Source: an uncultured bacterium (lineage in GTDB: Bacteria > Zixibacteria > MSB-5A5 > GN15 > FEB-12). Taken from it: a stretch of 58,403 nt of DNA. Below, piece after piece: positions 38,861-50,100 of this stretch. The stretch spans positions 1 through 58,403 of the forward strand of contig CBDVDR010000021.1 in assembly GCA_965372795.1 (NCBI GenBank). The letters run 5' to 3'. Position 1 is the stretch's first letter; each line of letters begins with the position of its first letter. Made by a program: the position numbers and the translations under genes. Under the pieces are notes generated by a model. The model ran no database searches. It worked only from the letters and a program-made list of their open reading frames with translations, and had not been told where the DNA came from.

Positions 38861-40569
38861 AACCCGCTCGATTTACCATTATTGCGTGGATCGGATGCTG
38901 CTGTTATTAGCAAATCATCAATAAAAATTAACTGAAGATCACTATAAGCTGTTCTCTCTTGAACATCATGACCTCGTCTAATAAGATCTTGTTTGATGTT
39001 TATATCAAAACCACCCTCTTCAAGATATAATTTATCAGGAAGCCATTGATGATGGAATCTTGGTTGTGATGCCGTTTGATTTAAGCTTAAGTTAAATCTT
39101 GTAAAATTAATTATTGCTTGAGCAACAGTTGTTATAATTTTCGAACCGCCTGGAGAACCAACAATCATAAAGGGTTTATTATCTTTAAGGATAATTGTTG
39201 GTGACATCGATGATAACATTCGTTTACCCGGTTCGATTTTGTTAGCTTCGGCTCCAATGAGTCCATACAAATTTGGATGACCTGGTTTAATTGAAAAATC
39301 ATCCATCTCATTGTTCAAAAGAAAACCAGCCCCTTCAACTACTAAGTTACTCCCAAACGAGTTATTAAGAGTGTAAGTTATAGCAACCATATTCCCGTCT
39401 TTATCGGCAATACTAAAGTGAGTTGTTTGATCTGATTCCGTTTTACCGGGATAGCCGGGAGTTATTTGTTCAATCGGTGTAACACGTTCTGAATCAATTT
39501 TATCAATTCTCTGCTTGAGATAAGAATCATCAAGCAACCAATTTGGCACATCATAAAATCCCGGATCACCGAGATGTTCTGATCGATCTGCAAATGCGAG
39601 CCTTGAGGCTTCACTAAACAAATGGATATATTCTGAAGAATTTATTGAATAATTTGTAAATTCAAAAGGTTCGATTAATTTTAAAATCTGGCCGACCATA
39701 TACCCTCCCGAGCTGGGAGGAGCCATTGAAAAAATATCAAGCGAATCAAATTTAAAATGAATCGGTTCACGCCATAATGGTTGATAATTATTCAGGTCTT
39801 CCTCGGTAATCAAACCTCCGTTTTCAAGACAGAAATCTGCTATCAATTTAGCTATTTCATCTTTATAAAATCCATCTCGTCCTCTGATAGCTATTTCATA
39901 AAGTGTTTTAGCCAGATCATTTTGAATTAGCCGTTCACCTTCTAATAGTATTTTATTTTTTGGTAAAAATATTTTTTTCGTTGAAGAAAAATAGCTCAGC
40001 TCTTCTTCATAATCTACAAATGAGGAAGCCAGATAATTATCTACAATAAAACCGGTATCAGCAAGTCGAACAGCTGGGGTTACCAATGTTTCCCAATCCA
40101 AAGTACCATACTTTTTCCAAAGCTCATATAATCCGGCAACAGTTCCCGGTACTCCGGCGGCTAAGGCGCCAACCGTTGATAAATTTTCAATGACATCGCC
40201 GTTTTCATCAAGATACATTGTATCAGTAGCTGTCATTGGAGCAATTTCACGAAAATCTATTGTCTCTACTTTTCCATTGCTGCCATTTCGAATAACAGCA
40301 AAGCCACCCCCGCCAATATTACCTGCCTCGGGATGAGTAACAGCCATGACAAATCCAACCGCTACCGCAACATCAAACGCATTGCCACCTTCTTTAAAAA
40401 TTTCTACACCAACATCGGTAGCAATTGGGGATGCGGTTGCCAGAGCGCCATTTTCATAGTACTCGGTATACTCAAAACCACCGCAGCTAATTAAGCAAAA
40501 GAATATAATAAAAACCGCCGCAATACTTGAAGCAGTATATAGACGGCGGTTTTTTATCTGATTAAACAT
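38857..40569 (-). CDS. ggt: Gamma-glutamyltransferase (lipoprotein)
   Basis: GGNAFD, GNIGGGGF, DFRE.AP, QTTHFS (Thr nucleophile), LNNEMDDF, SSMSP, GSPGG. Confidence 0.96.
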   Translation of the reverse strand: MFNQIKNRRLYTASSIAAVFIIFFCLISCGGFEYTEYYENGALATASPIATDVGVEIFKEGGNAFDVAVAVGFVMAVTHPEAGNIGGGGFAVIRNGSNGKVETIDFREIAPMTATDTMYLDENGDVIENLSTVGALAAGVPGTVAGLYELWKKYGTLDWETLVTPAVRLADTGFIVDNYLASSFVDYEEELSYFSSTKKIFLPKNKILLEGERLIQNDLAKTLYEIAIRGRDGFYKDEIAKLIADFCLENGGLITEEDLNNYQPLWREPIHFKFDSLDIFSMAPPSSGGYMVGQILKLIEPFEFTNYSINSSEYIHLFSEASRLAFADRSEHLGDPGFYDVPNWLLDDSYLKQRIDKIDSERVTPIEQITPGYPGKTESDQTTHFSIADKDGNMVAITYTLNNSFGSNLVVEGAGFLLNNEMDDFSIKPGHPNLYGLIGAEANKIEPGKRMLSSMSPTIILKDNKPFMIVGSPGGSKIITTVAQAIINFTRFNLSLNQTASQPRFHHQWLPDKLYLEEGGFDINIKQDLIRRGHDVQERTAYSDLQLIFIDDLLITAASDPRNNGKSSGF

Positions 40570-40578
40570 TTTTTTATG

Positions 40579-42759
40579 CTATCGTTTTTCTACAAGAAAT
40601 ACAACACCATCCGGGAAATTAATATCTATGGCAAAACCTTGTTGTAATTCTTTTTGAGATGTTTTAATAGGTTCAGCTTCTTCAGACTCAAAGATATTTG
40701 TCAATTTAATATTGGGGGATTTGAAACCGGCTGCTTTAAGATCAGCTTTGATGATAACCTGTTTTCTACCAGATTCAAATCCATCGGATAATTCACCCGG
40801 AGGAGGCGCAACTATGCACAATAATCCTTTTTTATCACCTTTTTGGAAAGTGATATCAATTGAAGGATCACTGCAATATAGAGATGATTTAATATTTTCA
40901 TTTTCCAAAATAGATTCAATATAAGAAAGTTTCTGATGGTTACCACCTGAGGAAACATCAAAACCAAAGAAGTAGAAACTACCTTTTAACCTTGATGAAC
41001 AAACACCAACAATTTTGGTACCTTCCTTAGCGAGTTTCTTAATTTTGGAATCATCGGTTGTGCGAATATTACCATAAATATGAGTTGGGAACGAGCCGGT
41101 TTTATGTTCAATTGTCCCGATGCGATAATCGACAGTGGTTTTTATTCTCAAATGATTAGCCAGAACCTGACAATCTTTCATATTTTCATCATATTTAGGC
41201 ATGATGCCACACATTATCACTGTTATACCTGACTTAAGAAGCTCAACTACAGCCTCTTGATCCTTTTCTGACATTATTTCCGTAGAAGGAATAATAAGCA
41301 GCTTATAATTTTTAATTGTATCCCAATCTCGATTTTCACGAATACCATAGCTGATTTTGAGTCGCATCAAGTCTCTACAAACACCAGTTAATGTTTCATC
41401 GAGAAGCTTTCCGACATAGGTAAATTCTTTATCGCTTGAGGTCAGACGCAGCCAGTCATAAAGGCGATTGCCAACCACAGCTACATCGGATGAAAACTCC
41501 ATATCTTCAAATCCTAAAGTAGTAATATTAAGATTAAATCGTTTAGCTACCGGATAATTTGATGTTACCGTACCATCAACATTCAATGGAGCCCCGTGCC
41601 AGTGTTCACGATTTACAAACATATATTGATTCATACCTTTAAAACCAGATGATAATCCGGCAGCAAGGAAAAATCTGCTGGAGTTTTCGGTAACTTTTGC
41701 TACTTTTTCATCATGTTCAGTATTTATCGATGGAGCACCTGAGATAAACGAAGTCGCAAACGCAAACCCGAATTCAGAACTAAGATATTTGGCTTTGGTA
41801 ACCAGATCAAAATAATTACCGCGCGAGAAGACATTGCTGCCCATGAATGGCGAACGATCTTCCGGAACAAGATTATAAGCGGGAAGCAGATCTCCGGGAT
41901 GGAAATATAAAGAGCGGAAAATAAGCGGTTCAACAGTGTATGATTTGAAAACATCCTCCATAAATTCAAGATATAGATTCAACATATGTTCTCTATACCG
42001 GAACCAATCAAGAACTTTTGGATAACTGTTCAGGATCAATTTTTTAAATTCTCGAGGCGGCTGAACCTGTTCAAATGATTCATTTTTCTCTTTATATAAA
42101 GAATTTAATTTCTTAATGTCTTCATATCGTTCTTCCAAAAATTCTGGATAATATCTTTCCAAAACATCGGGATTATAATCACCGCTGGCTGGATCGGTTA
42201 ACCCGCAAAAAGAGGTTTCATAATCAAGCTCAACCATAAAAACCGGACCCCGAGGGTGAACATAATTTTTTGTGACTTCGATAAATGCCTTGAAGAAGCT
42301 TTTTACATGAAACTGAAAGTTAGGGTGCAGATAACTTGGCAAATATCCACCGGTTTCACCAAACTCATCTTTTAACTTTATTTCATTGCCTTCTGAATCA
42401 CGTGCCAATAATTTGAAATCATTGTATAAAAAGTCAGGTAAACCACCATTTTTTAACTGACCGGAGACCCAAGGTCCCGGGCGTAAAATAACTTTAAACC
42501 CAAACTCTCGAGCAAGCTCTAAGAAAACGATTAAATCCTTTTTGGGATCACTCATGCCGGTAAAATCTAAATATTTACGATCGTCCTGATGAATATTCCA
42601 TGGTACAGCAGTTGCGATTATTCGGTAACCTGCTTTTTTAATTCTCTCAAAGCAAATTGACCAATGTCTTTTTTCAATTCTAAAATAATGTAGTTCAGCT
42701 GCGAATGGATGATAGGTTTCTTTACCTATCGAAAATTTATTACCAATTATTCCAAGCAT
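40579..42759 (-). CDS. GH35/GH42-like beta-galactosidase-fold protein, possibly non-catalytic
   Basis: ELHYFRI...W, VPWNIH, ILRPGPW....NGGLP, YMF, trimerisation-like domain; the catalytic motifs look altered. Confidence 0.78.
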   Translation of the reverse strand: MLGIIGNKFSIGKETYHPFAAELHYFRIEKRHWSICFERIKKAGYRIIATAVPWNIHQDDRKYLDFTGMSDPKKDLIVFLELAREFGFKVILRPGPWVSGQLKNGGLPDFLYNDFKLLARDSEGNEIKLKDEFGETGGYLPSYLHPNFQFHVKSFFKAFIEVTKNYVHPRGPVFMVELDYETSFCGLTDPASGDYNPDVLERYYPEFLEERYEDIKKLNSLYKEKNESFEQVQPPREFKKLILNSYPKVLDWFRYREHMLNLYLEFMEDVFKSYTVEPLIFRSLYFHPGDLLPAYNLVPEDRSPFMGSNVFSRGNYFDLVTKAKYLSSEFGFAFATSFISGAPSINTEHDEKVAKVTENSSRFFLAAGLSSGFKGMNQYMFVNREHWHGAPLNVDGTVTSNYPVAKRFNLNITTLGFEDMEFSSDVAVVGNRLYDWLRLTSSDKEFTYVGKLLDETLTGVCRDLMRLKISYGIRENRDWDTIKNYKLLIIPSTEIMSEKDQEAVVELLKSGITVIMCGIMPKYDENMKDCQVLANHLRIKTTVDYRIGTIEHKTGSFPTHIYGNIRTTDDSKIKKLAKEGTKIVGVCSSRLKGSFYFFGFDVSSGGNHQKLSYIESILENENIKSSLYCSDPSIDITFQKGDKKGLLCIVAPPPGELSDGFESGRKQVIIKADLKAAGFKSPNIKLTNIFESEEAEPIKTSQKELQQGFAIDINFPDGVVFLVEKR

Positions 42760-42815
42760 ATAAGTCCCTATCTAGCAATAGCTTATCTGTTATATTCTTT
42801 TTTAGTCCGACCTTC

Positions 42816-42844
42816 AATGTAGCGAATCTATTGAATAAAGTCAA
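42816..42844 (-). promoter_or_regulatory. Sigma70 promoter candidate for the GH35-like/ggt genes
   Basis: TTGACT-N17-TACATT on -. Confidence 0.55.
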
Positions 42845-42903
42845 TAAAAAACGCATAAACCATGATTGTACAACAATATAACATTAAAGGTGTTTATTCT
42901 GAC

Positions 42904-42933
42904 AAAAAAACCCCCGATTTACGGGGGTTTTTT
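42904..42933 (-). terminator. Intrinsic terminator
   Basis: AAAAAAACCCCCG-ATTTA-CGGGGGTTTTTT. Confidence 0.9.
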
Positions 42934-42951
42934 ATTTTAGATATTTTCAAT

Positions 42952-45900
42952 CTATTTAATTAACATCATCTTTTTAGTATCAACGAACTTTTCTGTCTGA
43001 AGTCGATAGAAATAAATTCCGGTTGATACTTTGTTGCCGTGATCATTATCCCCATTCCACTCTGCAGAATACCGATTGCGAGAAAGAACGTTATTGATCA
43101 GGGTTTTGATTCTTTGACCCAGAACGTTATAGACTTCCAAGCGAACATGACTTGCTGTTGGAATTTGGAAATCAATCGTTGTTACCGGGTTGAACGGGTT
43201 AGGATAGTTTTGTCTCAAAGAATATGAATCAGGTAAATCACCGGCAACCGCATGAACACCCGGAGGTACATCGTAGTTGAAGCTGATGACAACTTCAGCA
43301 GTATCAGCACCACAGCCTTCAGTTGCAAAGAAGGATATCCGATAATAACCTTTTAGTTTAGGATAGAAAGAAAACTCAGCGGTACCATCTCCATTGTCAA
43401 CAAACACAGAAGAATCAGGCTGATCTTCATTGGTATACATTTCTATCGTTTGTCCCTCTGCATCAGAAGCTGAGATTGTGAAAATCAATGAGTCTTCAGC
43501 AGTCTTAATAGTATCGCCTGTATATGTGTTAGTTATTCCGCCAATTGTATATTCGATTGTATTGATCACAGGCAATGTATTTTCTATTACCGTTAATCTA
43601 ACATATTGAGTATCGCTAAGACCACAGTTGTCGTTTGCAAAGAAAGCCAAGTCATAGGAGCCAACATCTTTATTCTCAGGTATCCATTTGAAAAAGATAA
43701 ATCCGTCATCATCTTTCTTTTTAATCAAGTTACTTCCGCCGGGGAAGCTCTCTGAAGGATCAGCCATAGCGTAACTGTAAGTGAGTGCAAGTCCTTCAGT
43801 GTCATTGCCATCCATAAGGATTTTAAAAGTAGTATCACATGCTTTAATTGTTTTGTCTGCAATTGCTTCAAGAGTAGGAGCAAGATTTTCATTTACTGTT
43901 ATCAATACGACTTCACTATCAAGTGATTGACACTCGACATCCTGAATATAGAAAGTAATTGCATAGACACTATCGCCATCATCTCCAGCTTGATCACCGG
44001 TTGGAATCCAGCGGAAAGTAGCGTTGCCATAATTATCTTTAAAGAACATTCCCTCTTCAAGACTATCTGAGACAAGTATAGAGGAAATATTATTAAGAGA
44101 ACCACCATGAGTATCTGCTGTAATTGTAAGCTCCAAAGTGTCACAAGCAACAACTTCCTGAGCACCAATCGATGTGATAACAGGTGGATAAAGGTTTGTA
44201 ACTACAACTTGAACATCACTTGTATCCTGCAAACAACCATCGGTTGCTAATAAACTGAAATTGAAGGTGCCGTCCTGAGAACCTTGTGGATACCATTTAA
44301 ACGTTACTGTACCATCAAAATTATCAAAAAGTTCAGCTCCTTCAGGAAGGTTGATTCCGCCATATCCCGGTAAACCATCCGGATCAGAAATACCAAAATC
44401 AAAGATCAGACTATCACAAAGATTAACTGCAAGGTTGTTATCAGCAACTGTTATAGTTGGTTTTTGATTAGCACCAGTATTTTCAACAACAGTAAAGTAG
44501 TGAGGACCATCCCATTCCGGAATTAGCTTACCCCATTTCCAACGAGGAGTTTCATTATCAATACCAGGAGCTTTCCATCCGAATAAAGAATCAAGACAGA
44601 TTCTTCTTCCTGCAAAAGCCGGATCAATCGGACCAATTGTTATCGCTAATAGCGTATCGTTATAGCCTTCAATTAATCCAGGAATACCAAATCCTTCAAA
44701 TTGAATTAAATCTATGTCAGAACCAGTAGAAGCTAACCGTTTAATTGTATTAGAAAAGAATTGAGAGTTATTTTCAAAGGATCCATTTACTCTGGACCAT
44801 TGCATAAGGCTATCTGGTTCATCTTCAAAAAGAATATCTTCTGGAGAAAAGATTTTAAATGAGTTAAGAATATCCGTTACAACAGTTCCGGAATTATTCT
44901 CAAAATTGATGTAAAATGTAATTGTTTTACAAGTCAAGATAGAATCAGTACTTGTTCCATATAATCCATCAACACCGGCTAAGGAAATTTTACCTGAACC
45001 AGGAAATACAACGAAATCAACTGAAGTACTATCTGTGCGATATCCGTCATCAGCGTAGAACATGATATTAAAACGACCGGTATCAACTGGTGTCCAGACA
45101 AGATTGGCAACCCCGTTACCTGAATCAACGAGTTCCGCTCCACTTGGGAGACTTGAAGAGGTCATCGACAGTTGTTTATTTTCCGGGTCTGAGGCTTTTA
45201 CAATAAACTGAAACTCTTTGCCAATAAATATTGAAACAGAAGTTTCTTCAATCGGCTCAAATACCGGGGGCTGGTTACCAGCTTCAAGAATGGTAATTTC
45301 TACTACTTCACTATCAGCAGCCAAAACACCGTCATCAGCAAAGAATTTTATATGGTAAATACCTGATTGATCATAAGAAGGAATCCAGGTAAAGGTTCCG
45401 GTTCCATCTCCGTTATCAATCAATTCAACATTACCAGAAGGCATGGTGTTAGGATCAACACCTATACTTGGAATAGCGCAATTGAATGGTATCGTAGTCG
45501 AAATAGTAAAGAATAATACTTTGTTTTCTTCAACTGCTTGAGATCCGATTGGATTTAAAACAGGAAGTTGATCAGCAATATCTCTTACAAATACTTCAAC
45601 AGGATAAGGAGTTGAAGCTTCTCCATCAAAAGCAACGATACCCACAATATTAGGTCCAGATTGACAGTAAGTAGGGATCCATTCGACTAAGGCAGTATCA
45701 TTGCCTAAATCTGTAACCGTTAAACCAAGCGGGAAGTCTACTTCAGGAATATTAGTCGGGAATGAAACAGAAGATCCTTCAGGATCAGAGGCTGTAATTA
45801 AGAATGAAATATATTCATTCTCATCAACTACAAACGGACCAGCAACATTAAACACTGGAGGCTGATTACCGGCATCCTCAATAATGATAGAAATTTCTTT

Positions 45901-47106
45901 ACTTACCGATAAAGCACCATCGTCGGCATAGAATATAATGTTATTATACCCACTTTGAACATAAGTCGGTGTCCAAGTAAATTTTCCGGTTCCATTTCCA
46001 TTATCTTCAAATATAACTCCCGGAGGAAGTTGTTCGGCTGTTAAAAATAGTTTATCACCATCCGGATCAGATGCTGCAACTATAAATTCGAGGGCATCAC
46101 CCTCGGTTACTGTTAAAACAATCTCATCACCGGTAACATCAATACCATCAATTGAAACAAGAACCGGAGCAATATTTGTCGGTGTGGCAATAGTTATCGA
46201 AACAACCTCACTGTCAACAAATTCACCATCGGAAGTGAAGAAAGTTACACTGTAGTAACCTTCATCAACAACTGTTGTATTCCAATTGAAAGTAGCTGAA
46301 CCATTATTATTATCTATAAAAGTAGCACCGGCAGGAAGATTGAGAACTGTAAAGTAAGGGGTGGTTCCATTAGGGTCAGAAGCAGTTATATCAAAATTTA
46401 AATTATTTCCGGAAGCTATTCCTTTTGAGCCTATTTCATCAAGAACCGGAGCTTCGTTCGGAACTTCAATTACCGAAATTTCAATTTCTTCAAAGTCTGT
46501 AACAATCTCTTCGGTATATAATACAAAATTATCGGTCACATAAAAGATAACAGAATTTAAAGATATATCCTGTTTAGAGAATTGCGGTGTCCAATCAAAA
46601 GTCGCTGTCCCATCAAAATGATCGATTAATGTCGCTCCACCCGGAAGACGTTCCGCACTGAAGAAAAGCGAATCACCATCAGCATCAGAGGCTGTGATAA
46701 GGAAATTTATATTTTGACCGCGGGTAACAGTTTTAGCTCCAATAGGATCTAAGATCGGTTCAGTGTCCACTGTTATAGTGACAAACTCCTGAACCAGAAC
46801 ATCGTTAGATTGAGCATAAAAACTAAAGACAAATTCTCCGGCAGCTACGGGAGTCCACTCAAAATGACCGGTTCCATCGCCATTATCGGTAAATACAAAA
46901 CCGGCAGGCGGAACAGGACTTGGTAAAATCCCCAATGAAATAGCATCATCATCAGCATCGCTGGAAGTAACATCAATACTTACTGCAAAGCCGATTTTGG
47001 AATTAATATTTCCAATCTGGTCCAATACCGGCGGATTGTCTTGTCCGTATGCTGAACAGAAAGCTAAAATCATAATTACGGTAAAAAGTAAAAACTTTGA
47101 TCTCAT
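42952..47106 (-). CDS. Giant secreted protein C: 7 cadherin/Ig-like repeats, cohesin-like domain, 4 repeats, T9SS/FlgD-like C-terminal sorting domain
   Basis: Signal peptide; repeats of N..P...A.D.(D/E)G....LP.GA...DN.DG...F.W.P; LRQNYPNPFNP...GIYFYRL...KKMMLIK; GGAG SD before 47106. Confidence 0.85.
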   Translation of the reverse strand: MRSKFLLFTVIMILAFCSAYGQDNPPVLDQIGNINSKIGFAVSIDVTSSDADDDAISLGILPSPVPPAGFVFTDNGDGTGHFEWTPVAAGEFVFSFYAQSNDVLVQEFVTITVDTEPILDPIGAKTVTRGQNINFLITASDADGDSLFFSAERLPGGATLIDHFDGTATFDWTPQFSKQDISLNSVIFYVTDNFVLYTEEIVTDFEEIEISVIEVPNEAPVLDEIGSKGIASGNNLNFDITASDPNGTTPYFTVLNLPAGATFIDNNNGSATFNWNTTVVDEGYYSVTFFTSDGEFVDSEVVSITIATPTNIAPVLVSIDGIDVTGDEIVLTVTEGDALEFIVAASDPDGDKLFLTAEQLPPGVIFEDNGNGTGKFTWTPTYVQSGYNNIIFYADDGALSVSKEISIIIEDAGNQPPVFNVAGPFVVDENEYISFLITASDPEGSSVSFPTNIPEVDFPLGLTVTDLGNDTALVEWIPTYCQSGPNIVGIVAFDGEASTPYPVEVFVRDIADQLPVLNPIGSQAVEENKVLFFTISTTIPFNCAIPSIGVDPNTMPSGNVELIDNGDGTGTFTWIPSYDQSGIYHIKFFADDGVLAADSEVVEITILEAGNQPPVFEPIEETSVSIFIGKEFQFIVKASDPENKQLSMTSSSLPSGAELVDSGNGVANLVWTPVDTGRFNIMFYADDGYRTDSTSVDFVVFPGSGKISLAGVDGLYGTSTDSILTCKTITFYINFENNSGTVVTDILNSFKIFSPEDILFEDEPDSLMQWSRVNGSFENNSQFFSNTIKRLASTGSDIDLIQFEGFGIPGLIEGYNDTLLAITIGPIDPAFAGRRICLDSLFGWKAPGIDNETPRWKWGKLIPEWDGPHYFTVVENTGANQKPTITVADNNLAVNLCDSLIFDFGISDPDGLPGYGGINLPEGAELFDNFDGTVTFKWYPQGSQDGTFNFSLLATDGCLQDTSDVQVVVTNLYPPVITSIGAQEVVACDTLELTITADTHGGSLNNISSILVSDSLEEGMFFKDNYGNATFRWIPTGDQAGDDGDSVYAITFYIQDVECQSLDSEVVLITVNENLAPTLEAIADKTIKACDTTFKILMDGNDTEGLALTYSYAMADPSESFPGGSNLIKKKDDDGFIFFKWIPENKDVGSYDLAFFANDNCGLSDTQYVRLTVIENTLPVINTIEYTIGGITNTYTGDTIKTAEDSLIFTISASDAEGQTIEMYTNEDQPDSSVFVDNGDGTAEFSFYPKLKGYYRISFFATEGCGADTAEVVISFNYDVPPGVHAVAGDLPDSYSLRQNYPNPFNPVTTIDFQIPTASHVRLEVYNVLGQRIKTLINNVLSRNRYSAEWNGDNDHGNKVSTGIYFYRLQTEKFVDTKKMMLIK

Positions 47107-47145
47107 TTTGTAGGCTCCATGCAATATATAATTTATCAGCTGAAA

Positions 47146-50100
47146 CTATTTCAGCATCATCATCTTTTTGGTTTCTGTATAATCATCCGTTATCAATTTA
47201 TACATATAAATTCCGGATGCTACTTTGGCACCATTATCATTGGTACCGTTCCACTCAACGATATATGAGTTAGGAGACATCTGACCATCGGCAAGAGTCT
47301 TTATTTTCTGTCCGAGAACATTGAAGACTTCCAGAGTGACATAGGAACTCTTTGACAACCCAAACTGGATTTGAGTAGTTGGGTTAAACGGGTTCGGATA
47401 ATTCTGAGTCAGGAAGTAGGCATCAGGAATACCGGCGGTTTGGTCGGTAGTTATGCCGGTAATAATATCAAACATCAATTTCGTACTATCCATTACACCG
47501 CAAATATCTTCAACATAAAATGTTATTTCATAAGTTCCGGTTGGAACAAATTCAGTCAACCAAATAAATGAACCGCTGTCATTATTATTATTTTCAATGT
47601 CTAATAACTGAGCTGAGTCAGGGAGTGGAGTAGAAAGATAAGAAATCCTGAACCCATCAGCATCAATCGCATTAAGAATAAAAGAGATAGAGTCGATCAA
47701 ATTCAAATTAATGACGGTATCAATAATAGGCTCCAGAAATACCGGAGGAGTATTTGCCAATACTTCGACATTAACCTCAAGTGTATCTGAGACTGTACCG
47801 CACCCATTATCTATTCCATAGAATTTAAGCAGATAGACACCGGCTTCATCAGCCGTCGGAGTCCATTCAAAAATACCATTCTTTTCACTTATTACAGCAC
47901 TACCCGGTAATGCATCATTATAGAACTTTATAGTATCACTTGTTATAATTTCAAAAGAGACAACATCACAAGCGCTGACAGTTATATCATCAACCTGATC
48001 AAGTTCCGGTTTGGCATCAAGAGTTATTGTAATATTAACTTCCTGAGTATCAGTAGCACCGCAGGCATCAACAGCTTCAAAAAGGGCGGTGTAATTTGTA
48101 ATATTGGTATCGAGGTTAGGTGCCCAGGTGAAGACATCTTCTTTAAAGTCTGAACCGGGCATCTCATCTTTATTGAGAAGTGATAAGGTTACATCAGTAC
48201 CATCCGGGTCTGAAGCCGAAACTGTGAAACTAATTTCATCTTTACATTCAGTTGCAAATTTTGGTCCCTGAGCAGTAAAGATAGGAACCGGGTTACTGTT
48301 AACAGTGATTACAACATCCCGTGAACCAATGGTTAAACAGTCATCCTTAGATCTGAATTTAATAGTATAAACCGCACCACCCTGAGCAGCAGTCGGAGTC
48401 CATGAAAATTCTTTAATTACCGGATCAAAGATAGCACCTTCCGGTAATTCATCTTCCCAGAAAATTCCAACCGGAGATCCTTCAGGATCTGTTGCAGAGA
48501 CTGTAAAGACAACCGGGTTGCAAGCAACAACGGTGGTATCATTTACTCCGCCTTCAAATACATCTAGAAACTCAGGAATACCATCCGGATTGACAGTAAG
48601 ATCAACATCAAGAGTTGCTTGTGTGCCAACTTCATCAGTTGCTGTAAAATTAAGGGTATAAAAACCATCATCATGAGTTGTCGGTACCCAGGCAAAGTCA
48701 CCGGTGGTTGTATTAAATGATGCCCCATCTGGCAGATTGCTTAATGAATAAATTACGGAAGTAGTTTCCGGATCAACTGCGATAACTGTGAACTCTACCG
48801 AGTTACAGGCGTCAACAAATTTTGGATCGATAGGTGTAAAGACCGGAGCAGCATCTGAAGCGAGATTGATTGTCACGGTGATGACATCTGTTAATCCACA
48901 GGCATCAGTAACAATAAAATCAATAATATACGGTGATAAGGCTGCAGCACCAGCTAATGGAGACCATGAGAAAGCACCGGACACTCCATCAAGAGTTGCT
49001 GTACCGGGCATGTCAGGGTCAACCGTTGAAAAGACAATTGCCTGTCCTTCTGTATCTGTAGCTTCAAGTGTAAATTCTATCAGGTCACCTTCATTATTAT
49101 TGAATGGTCCCGGAGTAGTTGTAAATGAAGGAGCGATATTATCATTAACAGTAATTGTAACCGGCAGATCAAAAGTTGCACCACATGGGTCGGTGGCGGT
49201 AAAAGTCAAATTATGAACTCCGTTATCACCATCTACAGGTGTCCAGGAATAAGCACCGCTGTTGGCATCCAATGTTGCGCCGGGGAGGTTCACATCTACA
49301 GAGTAAATTAAGTCAAGTCCTTCAGGATCAGAACCATCAAGTGTAAAGTCAACTGGGAGACATTCTTTAACAGTAATAGGCGCAATAGCAGCAATCGTAG
49401 GGGCCTGGTTATCAATGACCGTTATCGAAATTGTTTCAGTATCCTCACCACCAAGTTCTTCAGCTTTGAAAGTTACACTATAAGGGCTTGAAGCATTAGC
49501 GTTCACATCCGGTGTCCAACTGAATGTTGCAGTTCCGTCTTCATGGTCATCAAATGTTGCCCCAGCAGGAATATTTTCGGCAGTTAGAATTGGAGGTGTG
49601 CTGGGTTCTAATGGATTTGAACCGGTAACGGTAAATTCTAAAAGACCACATTCACCAATGGCTTTGTCTCCAATCGGGTCAAGAACCGCTGGAATATTTT
49701 GTGCTACATCAAAAATTGTAAAACAATGTGGTCCATCCCAATCAGGGACCATATCTGTTCCTCCAGAATTCCATTTCCAAGCACCTGCAGGAGGATAGTA
49801 AGATGAATCCAAACAGATCTCTTTTCGATGATATATTGGAAGAATCGGACCAATATTAATCGTCCAGACAATCTCTTCAAAACCGTTTGGTATACCAGGA
49901 GCAAAAAGTGAGAAGCCACCAAAACCAACAGTATCAGCACCCTCTCCGGTAACTGAGAATTGGTTTACAAAACTTTGTTCAGCCATACTTGGAAGAATTG
50001 TTCCAGTATAATAACCAATTGTATCATTGGCAGGAACAGTCCATTCTGCCCCATTATTTGAATATACTCTAAATCCATTAGTCCAACCTTTTGTTGGTAC

